DNA of 64,000 nucleotides from an uncultured Anaerolineales bacterium (GTDB lineage Bacteria; Planctomycetota; Phycisphaerae; FEN-1346): NCBI GenBank assembly GCA_964461715.1, contig CAYWVR010000005.1, positions 3,717 to 67,716 of the forward strand, read 5' to 3'. Shown piece by piece: positions 57,035 to 64,000 of this stretch (position 1 is its first letter; each line of letters starts with the position of its first letter). The notes under the pieces were generated by a model. It saw only the letters and a program-made list of their open reading frames with translations, ran no database searches and was not told where the DNA came from. The position numbers and the translations under genes were made by a program.

Positions 57035-57916
57035 TTGGAATTTGTGAACTTCGAGGACGCCAAGAATCGCCTGGGCAAGACGGACGACGAGCTCCAGGGG
57101 ATGATCAAGAGCGGCGAGATCCGCGCCTTCCGAGATGAGGGAACCTGGAAGTTCCGCAAGGAGGACATCGACGCCCGGGCCGGCGCGACCCCGCCCGAAG
57201 GCCCCGAAACGACCCCCGCTCCCGCCGCCGGCCCCGAGCAGAGCATCGAGCTCGGCGAGGACGCCTTCGAGGAAGACGCGGGCGACACCCTGATGAGCAT
57301 CGACGCCGACATCCTCTTCGCCGAGGAAGAGGACGTCCCCGCCGATTCCGCCGCCGAGACCTGGATCGCCGCCGACACCGAGGGCGTCTTCCCCGGCGGC
57401 CGGCCCGGCGAGGAAGTGCCGCGCGGCGTGGAGGAGGCCATGGCCGCCCCCGAGACCGAGCCGGCCCCGCTGGCGTTGAGCCCGGAGACGGACGAATCGA
57501 GCCTCCAGGAGGTCCTGAGCGACGAGGACCTGGCCGCCGGCGAGGACGTCTTCGCCGAGGAACCGGTCATCGCCGTCGACACCGAGAGCGGCCTGGCGAG
57601 CGTCATGAGCTCGAGCGCCTCCGGCACGGCCGTCGCCCCGAGCCGCACCCGCGTCGTCACGCTGGTCGAGGCGGCCAGCCATCACGGCAGCTTCACGGTC
57701 CTGATGGGCCTGGCCGTCGTCGCCCTGGGCTTTGCCGTGACGACGATCATGGCCCTCCTTCAGAACAATCGCCTGTCCACGGCGTACTCGCTGGGCACCG
57801 AGCAGAACAGCCTGTACCTGCTCCTGGTCGGGGCGTTCATGGTGGGCGTCGTGACGGTCGTGGGCATCGTCATCGAGAAGCAGCGCCAGCGCCGCGAGGC
57901 GCTCGGCGGCGTCTAG
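57035..57916 (+). CDS. Excisionase-family HTH (HTH_17-like) N-terminal domain protein with acidic linker and C-terminal TM helices
   Basis: N-terminus MEFVNFEDAKNRLGKTDDELQGMIKSGEIRAFRDEGTWKFRKEDID matches the excisionase-type DNA-binding HTH pattern. Asp/Glu-rich middle. Two C-terminal TM helices. Confidence 0.55.
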   Translation: MEFVNFEDAKNRLGKTDDELQGMIKSGEIRAFRDEGTWKFRKEDIDARAGATPPEGPETTPAPAAGPEQSIELGEDAFEEDAGDTLMSIDADILFAEEEDVPADSAAETWIAADTEGVFPGGRPGEEVPRGVEEAMAAPETEPAPLALSPETDESSLQEVLSDEDLAAGEDVFAEEPVIAVDTESGLASVMSSSASGTAVAPSRTRVVTLVEAASHHGSFTVLMGLAVVALGFAVTTIMALLQNNRLSTAYSLGTEQNSLYLLLVGAFMVGVVTVVGIVIEKQRQRREALGGV

Positions 57917-58040
57917 TCAAGCAGGCGGGGGGAGAACACGTTCCGCTCGCCGGCGCGGCATCCCTGAGGAGGGAGCCGTCCATCATCGCGCGTCCCCGGA
58001 ATCCGGGTCCCGGAAGGCGACCCGGGAAAGGAGAAGCCTT

Positions 58041-58847
58041 ATGCATCGCGTATCGGCGGCCGTTTGGTTCATGTTGATCGGAGCCCTCGGGCTCTCGTCC
58101 GGCTGCTGCGTCAGCCAGGAGAAGTACAACGCGGTCCTCTTGAGGAACCGTGAGCAGGAGAAGCTCTTGCAGGAAAAGGAGGCCGGGATCGCCCGTCTCC
58201 AGGAGCGGGTCAACGCTCTCGACGCCCGCCTCGCCGACTGCCAACGCCTGATCGAGGAGAAGAACGATCAGATCGCGAGCATCCAACGCGAACGCGACGA
58301 ACTCCGCAAGGCTTTCGACGACCTGATGGAGCAGTTCAAGGCCCTCTCGGGCCGGCCCGCCGTCGCGCCGATGGCCGGCGGTCTGCCCGGCGAGGTCAGG
58401 ATCGGTATCCAGGCCCTGATGAGCGAGTTCCCCGGCCTCTTCCAGTTCGACGAGGCCGAGGGCCGGCTCCGCGTCGCCTCCGATATCACCTTCGACTCCG
58501 GGTCGAACGTCGTCAAGCCGCCGGCCCGGAGCGCGCTGTCGAAGCTCGCTCAGATTCTGGCGACCGACGTCGGCAAGGATATCCGCGCCACCGTGATCGG
58601 GCACACCGACTCGGTGCCCGTAAAGAAGGCGACGACGATCGCCCTGCTGAAGGAGCTCGGCAAGGCCACGAACAACCAGGGCCTGAGCCAGGCCCGGGCC
58701 GAGTCCGTCCGCGACATCCTCGTCGCCGGCGGCGTGGACGCCCGCCGCATCCTCACGCAGGGGCAGGGGGCCTCGCAGCCCGTCTCCTCCAACGATACCC
58801 GGGAAGGCCAGGCCCAGAACCGGCGGGTGGATATCTTCCTGAGGTAG
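58041..58847 (+). CDS. OmpA/MotB-family lipoprotein with coiled-coil region
   Basis: Lipobox LSSGC. Coiled-coil (LQEKEAGIARLQERVNALDARL). C-terminal OmpA-like peptidoglycan-binding block (IGHTDSVP...LSQARAESVRDIL...NRRVDIFL). Confidence 0.8.
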   Translation: MHRVSAAVWFMLIGALGLSSGCCVSQEKYNAVLLRNREQEKLLQEKEAGIARLQERVNALDARLADCQRLIEEKNDQIASIQRERDELRKAFDDLMEQFKALSGRPAVAPMAGGLPGEVRIGIQALMSEFPGLFQFDEAEGRLRVASDITFDSGSNVVKPPARSALSKLAQILATDVGKDIRATVIGHTDSVPVKKATTIALLKELGKATNNQGLSQARAESVRDILVAGGVDARRILTQGQGASQPVSSNDTREGQAQNRRVDIFLR

Positions 58848-58882
58848 GACCGACGCGCCGCGAAAGGCAAGCCAGGCGGAAA

Positions 58883-58901
58883 GGCCCGGCGCCCCCGGGC
58901 C
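58883..58901. terminator. Possible hairpin between convergent genes
   Basis: GGCCCGG-cgccc-CCGGGCC, 7-bp GC stem. Followed by TTTCC on the minus strand only; weak U-tract. Confidence 0.3.
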
Positions 58902-58907
58902 GAGGGC

Positions 58908-60098
58908 CTACTTCCGGGTCGGCTGGACGATCAGGGCCTGCCAAGCCCGTTGGGCGTCAAACGCCGCGCCGTCGCACCACAGCAGAGGGATGTCTTCATT
59001 AAACAGGCTCGTGGTGATGAGCCCGACCTCGTCCGCCAGCCGCGCCCGGCCGTCCGGCGTCACGGCAACGTTCACCCACAGAGACGTGTAGCCGATCCGG
59101 CCCGAGAGCCACGCCCCGTAGCCCTCGACGTTCGGCACCGCTGCCTGGGCGGCCCGGAGGGTCGAGGCCGAGACGCTGCCCTCAGACGAGATCACTTCGA
59201 GCATCCAAGCCGGGCCCTGCGGCGTGCGCGCCACCGTGACCTTGCCGTCCGCCGGCCCGGTCAGCGGGCCGCCGACGATGTCGCCCGTCCATTCCTCCAG
59301 GGCGAGGCTTCGGCCCGTGACGACGACCTCGGTCCGCCGCGCGTCTTCGTCGCCGCCCTCCGCGGGCCAGTTCCACGCCGCCTCGACGTCGATCGCCCCC
59401 GTCTCGACCGGCAGGTCGACGGCCGTCAGGGCCGACACGGCGTTGGCCGCCGGGATGTCCGTCAGGGACAACCGCAGAGCGTCGAACACGCCGCGATCGC
59501 TCGTCGCGTCCAGGCGCAGCACGGCGGCGGGCGGCACGGGCCGGGTCCACGTCGCGTACGCTTCCGTCGGCCAGACCGAGACCTCGTACACGCGGTCCGA
59601 TCCTGCGAGGGCCACGGCCCGAAGGGGGGCCTCGACGCGCAGCTGTCCGAGGTCGAGGGTTGTTGCCAGCCGTTCGACGGAGAACGAGACGAGATGCGGG
59701 CCGGCGTCGCGCTGGACCAGGCGGTCGTTCAAGGCGCCGAGGGTGGCACGCGGGGTCGGGCCCGAAAGGTCGAGGTTCCCCCGGCCGGCCCGCACGTACC
59801 AGCCGTATGCGTTGGATTCCGCCGCCACGTTCTGGAGGCCGAGCCGTAACGTCCCGCCGTGGGCCGTCCAGGTGAGGGTCACCGTTTCGAGGGCGGCCGT
59901 CTCGATCCCCGTGGGCCTCAAGCCCACGACCTGCGCCTCGCATCCCAGCCGCCGCGCGAGCGTCTTTTCGAGCGCCGCCTCCGGCCCCCCGCGCTCCACC
60001 CACACCGCCCACGTCCCGAGCCCCACGAGCGGCAGGAACAGGACGACGAACAGCAGCAACGCCGTCAGCCGTCGGACGTGTTTGGATCGGAGGGGCAT
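58908..60098 (-). CDS. Hypothetical membrane-anchored protein
   Basis: N-terminal TM (LTALLLFVVLFLPLVGLG), remainder soluble; no recognisable motif. Confidence 0.5.
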   Translation of the reverse strand: MPLRSKHVRRLTALLLFVVLFLPLVGLGTWAVWVERGGPEAALEKTLARRLGCEAQVVGLRPTGIETAALETVTLTWTAHGGTLRLGLQNVAAESNAYGWYVRAGRGNLDLSGPTPRATLGALNDRLVQRDAGPHLVSFSVERLATTLDLGQLRVEAPLRAVALAGSDRVYEVSVWPTEAYATWTRPVPPAAVLRLDATSDRGVFDALRLSLTDIPAANAVSALTAVDLPVETGAIDVEAAWNWPAEGGDEDARRTEVVVTGRSLALEEWTGDIVGGPLTGPADGKVTVARTPQGPAWMLEVISSEGSVSASTLRAAQAAVPNVEGYGAWLSGRIGYTSLWVNVAVTPDGRARLADEVGLITTSLFNEDIPLLWCDGAAFDAQRAWQALIVQPTRK

Positions 60099-60180
60099 GG
60101 GCCTGGCCTACGGTTCCGCGGGCGCCAGGGGCAAGCCAGCTGCCCGTGCCACCGCGTCCTGCGTCTACACCTTGGAAGAT

Positions 60181-61329
60181 TTATATCCGTCGGGCCGCCT
60201 CCCGCCACGCCTCGTACGCGGCGCGCATTTGGCCGACCGTATCCCCCGCGAACCGGTCGATCATGGCTGCGGCCAGTTCGGTGGCAACCACCGCCTCGAC
60301 AACGACGCTCGCCGCCGGGACCGCGCAGACGTCGCTCCGCTCGTAGACGGCCTCGGTGGGTTCGTGGTGGATGAAGGTGGCCGAGGGCAGGGGGGTCTTC
60401 AAGGTCGCGATGGGTTTCATGGCGGCCCGGACCACGAGCGGGGCCCCGTTCGTCATGCCGCCCTCCAGGCCCCCGGCCCGGTTCGTCGGGCGCGTCCAGC
60501 CGAGCGACGCCTCGTCGGCCCGCGCGGGGTCGTAGGCGATGGCGTCGTGGACCTCGCTGCCCGGCTGCGCCGCCACCGCCATGCCCGGGCCGATCTCGAC
60601 GCCCTTGATCGCCTGGATGCTCATGACGGCCCGTGCCAGCCGCCCGTCCAGCTTTCGCCGCCACGTAACGTGGCTGCCCAGGCCGGGTGGCAGACCCGTG
60701 GCGACGCACTCGATGAGGCCCCCGAGCGTGTCGCCGGCGGCCTTCGCCTCGTCGATCGCCCGCTTCATGGCCGCGCCCGCCGCCGGGTCCGGCGCGTAGA
60801 CATCGCTCGCGTCCCGCAGGCGCCGAAGCGCCGCGAGGTCTTCCGGCACGGTCTCGACCGCCGCCGGGCCGATGCGAAGGACGTAGGCGGCGACGTCGAT
60901 GGCGAACTCGTCAAGCAGCGCCGTCGCCAGCGCCCCCGCCGCCACGCGCCCGGCCGTCTCGCGGGCGCTCGCCCGCTCCAGGATCGGCCGCGCGTCGGGG
61001 GTCAGGTACTTGAGCGCCCCGGCGAGGTCGGCGTGGCCGGGTCGCGGTTTCTCCACCGCGCCCGCCTCCTCGATCCGCTCGTCGCGGTTCCGGACGACGA
61101 GGACGACAGGGCTGCCCAGGGTCCGGCCGCGGCGCGTGCCGGCGAGGACCTCGACCGTGTCGGTCTCGATCTCCATGCGCCCGCCTCGCCCGTAGCCGCC
61201 CTGGCGACGGGCGAGCAGGGCGTTGATGCGGGCGGCCTCGGCCGGGACGCCGGCGGGCATCCCCTCCAGGAGAGCGACGATCGCCTTCCCGTGCGATTCC
61301 CCGGCCGTGGTGATGCGAAGCTGGGGCAT
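60181..61329 (-). CDS. aroC: Chorismate synthase
   Basis: N-terminal GESHG, RPGHAD and the central and C-terminal AroC blocks (GLPPGLGSHV, SIQAIKGVEIG). Confidence 0.9.
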   Translation of the reverse strand: MPQLRITTAGESHGKAIVALLEGMPAGVPAEAARINALLARRQGGYGRGGRMEIETDTVEVLAGTRRGRTLGSPVVLVVRNRDERIEEAGAVEKPRPGHADLAGALKYLTPDARPILERASARETAGRVAAGALATALLDEFAIDVAAYVLRIGPAAVETVPEDLAALRRLRDASDVYAPDPAAGAAMKRAIDEAKAAGDTLGGLIECVATGLPPGLGSHVTWRRKLDGRLARAVMSIQAIKGVEIGPGMAVAAQPGSEVHDAIAYDPARADEASLGWTRPTNRAGGLEGGMTNGAPLVVRAAMKPIATLKTPLPSATFIHHEPTEAVYERSDVCAVPAASVVVEAVVATELAAAMIDRFAGDTVGQMRAAYEAWREAARRI

Positions 61330-61336
61330 GCGGCCC

Positions 61337-62248
61337 TCAATCGATGATCTTGCCCGTCAGACGCTTGTACGCCTCCGCATATTTCGCGCGCGTCTTGCGA
61401 ACGATCTCCTCGGGCAGCGGCGGGCCGGGCGGCGTCTTGTCCCAGTCCAGCGTGTCGAGCCAGTTCCGCACGAACTGCTTGTCGAAGCTCGGCTGGTCCC
61501 GCCCCGGGGCGTAAACGTCCGCCGGCCAGAACCGCGACGAATCCGGCGTGAAAACCTCGTCGGCCAGCACCAGTTCCCCCCCGAGGTCCCCCCATTCGAG
61601 CTTCGTGTCCGCGATCAGAATGCCGCGCTCCTTCGCGTACGCGGCGGCCCGGTGATAGACCTCCAGCGTCCTCTCGCGCAGCGTCCGGGCGACGTCCTCG
61701 CCGACGATCTCGGCCATCCGCGCGAAGGAGATGTTTTCGTCATGGCCGGTCTCGGCCTTCGTGGCGGGCGTAAAGATCGGCTCGGGCAGGGCCTCGCACT
61801 GCTTCAGGCCCTCCGGCAGCTCGATGCCGCACACGGTGCCGCCGGCCTGATACTCGCGCCACCCGCTCCCGGCCAGGTACCCGCGGACCACACACTCGAT
61901 CGGGTAGACGTTGACCTTGCGGACCTTCATCGTGCGGTCGGCGAAGAGGGCGGCCTGGGCCCGGACGGCCTCCGGCATCTTCTTCATATCGGCCGTCACG
62001 AGGTGATTCGGCGTGATCTCCGAGAGGAACGTGAACCAGAAGAGGCTGAGCTGCGTCAGAATCCGCCCCTTGTCGGGGATGCCTGTGGGCATGACGACGT
62101 CGTAGGCGGAGATGCGGTCGGTGGCGACGATGAGCAACTCGTCGCCGAAGTCGTAGATGTCGCGCACCTTGCCTCGACGAATGTCGATGCCTGGAAGATG
62201 GGTCTGCATGACGACGGGGCGCATCGGATTCTCCCGGGTGTGAGCCAC
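61337..62248 (-). CDS. purC: Phosphoribosylaminoimidazole-succinocarboxamide (SAICAR) synthase
   Basis: GKVRDIYD, ATDRISAYD and ILIADTKLEWG blocks. The true start may be one of the internal Met (MRP.. or MQT..). Confidence 0.85.
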   Translation of the reverse strand: MAHTRENPMRPVVMQTHLPGIDIRRGKVRDIYDFGDELLIVATDRISAYDVVMPTGIPDKGRILTQLSLFWFTFLSEITPNHLVTADMKKMPEAVRAQAALFADRTMKVRKVNVYPIECVVRGYLAGSGWREYQAGGTVCGIELPEGLKQCEALPEPIFTPATKAETGHDENISFARMAEIVGEDVARTLRERTLEVYHRAAAYAKERGILIADTKLEWGDLGGELVLADEVFTPDSSRFWPADVYAPGRDQPSFDKQFVRNWLDTLDWDKTPPGPPLPEEIVRKTRAKYAEAYKRLTGKIID

Positions 62249-62401
62249 GGTTCGCGGGCGGGCACGCGACGCGTCAAGGGCCGCCCTCTCTCCCCTTCCT
62301 CGGGGACCCTTTGTAGCCCCCCGCCCGGCTCGGCGTCAAGCCTATTCAACCCTGAACTTGCCCTCGGGGCCGCGCCGAGGGCCGAACGGGTGGATTTTTC
62401 A

Positions 62402-62430
62402 TTGAGCGCCCCCGGCGCGCCGCATATAAT
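62402..62430 (+). promoter_or_regulatory. Candidate sigma-70 promoter (TTGAGC-N17-TATAAT)
   Basis: A perfect TATAAT at 62425-62430 is striking in 70% GC DNA. A -35-like TTGAGC lies 17 nt upstream. About 60 nt upstream of the GTG start of the GH10-like gene. Confidence 0.45.
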
Positions 62431-62491
62431 CGCGGCCTTGGCCGGCGGCGCGTGCCGGCCGCGAGGCCCGGCGCGACCGCGGGCGAGCGGG

Positions 62492-64000
62492 GTGGACGTG
62501 CTTTTGTTTCGCGTGCTGATCGACGGCAAGACGCCCAAGGACTTCGACGGCGGGCGGCTGTACCTGACGAGCCTCGAAGGCCAACCCATCCGGGCCCGAT
62601 TCCGCTACAGCGCCGAGCACGGGCTCCTCTTCTGCGAGCGCCGGAGCCAGGGGCTGGCGGCCCTGAACCTCCCGTGGTCCACGCGGGGCGGATCGTGCCT
62701 GATGCTGAAGACCGCCCTGCTCCCCGACCGCGACGAGCCGTACCTGTTGCCGCTCGAGCTGGCGCGCGGTCAAGTGGCGGCGACGTGGCGCAAGAAGGAC
62801 GAGTGGGGCTACGTCGACGGCGAGTCCGCCGACGGGTTCCGCAAGGCCTTCGGCGAGGTCAAGCTCATGTTCGCCCGGGCCGCCACCGTCCAGAACGCCC
62901 CGGCGGCGGCGGCGGACCTGGCCGAGGAGGCCCTGGCTCGGGCGGTTCGCCTCGGCGAGCAGCTTGCCATGACCGACGCGCGCCACGGGGTGGGGCGGCG
63001 GCGGGAGAGCGGCCAACTGGCCCGCGTCGATTTCGGGTGCCACTGGGACCTGATCGAGGAACATCCCAAGGTCCAGGACCGTTTCGCCGAGACCTTCAAC
63101 TACGCCACCCTCCCGTTCCGCTGGCGTCGGATCGAGCCGCGGGAGCAGGAGTTCGACTGGACGTGGCACGACGGGTGGATTCAGTGGCTGGAGCGCAAGG
63201 GCGTGGCCATGAAGGGCGGAGGCATGGTCCGCTTCGCCGAGACGACCCTCCCGGATTGGGTCTGGATCTGGGAGAACGATTTCGAGACGATCCGCGACTA
63301 CGTCTTCGACCACATCGAGCGGTGTGTCCAGCGGTATCGCGGCCGCATCGACCACTGGGACGCCGTCACGGGCCTGCACGTCGAGAACTGCATGGGCTTC
63401 TCGCTGGACCAGATTCTCGAGCTGTCGCGCGTCGGCTGCCACGCCGTCAAGCGCGCCGACCCGTCGGCCCGCGTCGGCCTCGAACTCATCCAGCCCTGGG
63501 GCGAGTACTACGCTACCAACCAGCGGTCCATCTGGCCATACCACTATGCCGAGATGTGCATCAACGCGGGCGTCCCCTTCGACCTCGTCGGCCTCCAGAT
63601 TTTTTTCGGCACCGCCGGCAAGGGCTTCCACTGCCGCGACATGCTCGCCGTCAGCGACCTCCTGGACCGCTTCGGCACCCTCGGCAAACCCGTTCACGTG
63701 ACCGCCGTCGGCGTCCCTTCCGCCTGTTACGGCGACCCGCAGGCCGTCGTCGGCAAGGAGGCCCACGAGGTCGGGGCGGGGGGCGTCTGGCGAAAGCACT
63801 GGGACGAAGTCGTCCAGAGCGACTGGGCCAATGAGTTCTACCACGTCGCCATCTCGAAGCCCTTCGTCACCGCCGTCTCCTGGCGCGACTTCTCCGACCA
63901 CCAGCCCCACTACTTCCCGCACGCGGGCTTGCTGCGCAAAGACCTCCACCCGAAGATCGCCTACCAGCGGCTCGTCAACATCCGCCACGAAATCTGGCCC
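62492..64000 (+). CDS. TIM-barrel glycoside-hydrolase-like protein (GH10-like), 3'-partial (runs off window)
   Basis: I translated this frame by hand: VDVLLFRVLIDGKTPKDFDGGRLYLTSLEG...IDHWDAVTGLHVENCMGF...FDLVGLQIFFGT...KPVHVTAVGVP..., with no stop to the window end. Block order resembles GH10 xylanases (WDVVNE / IDGIGxQ / ITELD), but with non-canonical residues. Missing from the ORF track because it has no stop codon. Confidence 0.5.
   Translation, partial: MDVLLFRVLIDGKTPKDFDGGRLYLTSLEGQPIRARFRYSAEHGLLFCERRSQGLAALNLPWSTRGGSCLMLKTALLPDRDEPYLLPLELARGQVAATWRKKDEWGYVDGESADGFRKAFGEVKLMFARAATVQNAPAAAADLAEEALARAVRLGEQLAMTDARHGVGRRRESGQLARVDFGCHWDLIEEHPKVQDRFAETFNYATLPFRWRRIEPREQEFDWTWHDGWIQWLERKGVAMKGGGMVRFAETTLPDWVWIWENDFETIRDYVFDHIERCVQRYRGRIDHWDAVTGLHVENCMGFSLDQILELSRVGCHAVKRADPSARVGLELIQPWGEYYATNQRSIWPYHYAEMCINAGVPFDLVGLQIFFGTAGKGFHCRDMLAVSDLLDRFGTLGKPVHVTAVGVPSACYGDPQAVVGKEAHEVGAGGVWRKHWDEVVQSDWANEFYHVAISKPFVTAVSWRDFSDHQPHYFPHAGLLRKDLHPKIAYQRLVNIRHEIWP

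Noticed and set aside
62452..63834. ORF-track ORF 62452-63834 (+) and 63324-63701 (+)
   Set aside because: Wrong frames (Arg/Pro/Gly-rich). The real gene is the +2-shifted frame starting at GTG 62492, which lacks a stop within the window.
1..64000. Search for rRNA, tRNA, CRISPR repeats, IS elements or integrases
   Set aside because: No intergenic region is long enough or has the right structure. No direct-repeat arrays, transposase or integrase motifs were seen. This supports a core-chromosome context rather than a mobile island, although a by-eye tRNA scan is not exhaustive.

Overview
The window is a gene-dense, roughly 70% GC bacterial chromosomal segment with about 45 protein-coding genes. 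I found no rRNA, tRNA, CRISPR array or transposase. The gene content suggests a Planctomycetota-like genome: many PQQ-type beta-propeller paralogs, excisionase-HTH N-termini, an exosortase-type EPS locus and the carbamoyltransferase/SxtJ/DUF5989 triad. Every domain call below is from reading motifs by eye and is inference, not a database hit. Because of the high GC content, the ORF track is full of long stop-free antisense and overlapping frames; I treated those as artefacts (see rejected list).

Main blocks:
(1) 4..23401, all on the + strand with tiny gaps or overlapping stop/start codons. It holds four PQQ-like beta-propeller paralogs interleaved with a ferredoxin-like protein carrying a Cys/Asp-rich tail, a radical SAM protein, a DUF116-polyprenyl synthase fusion, a prenyltransferase-repeat protein, a GT4 glycosyltransferase, a MacB-like ABC transporter, an NHL lipoprotein, a TAT-exported ferredoxin, a NapH-like membrane polyferredoxin, a NuoE-NuoF fusion and a 2Fe2S/GltD-like oxidoreductase. 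This is my main candidate for an undescribed system: an envelope-directed electron-transfer module coupled to radical-SAM/isoprenoid chemistry.
(2) A minus-strand carbamoyltransferase / SxtJ / DUF5989 operon.
(3) fliA-like sigma factor, MFS transporter, ThuA-DUF1080 protein, pyrF, murD and a large glycoside-hydrolase-like protein.
(4) An exosortase-type EPS locus: Wza-like, exosortase, EpsI, a 1478-aa TPR protein, a Wzc-like kinase and an O-antigen-ligase/VanZ fusion.
(5) uvrC, a large polytopic membrane protein, small secreted and OmpA-family proteins, aroC, purC and a 3'-partial GH10-like gene that the ORF track missed.
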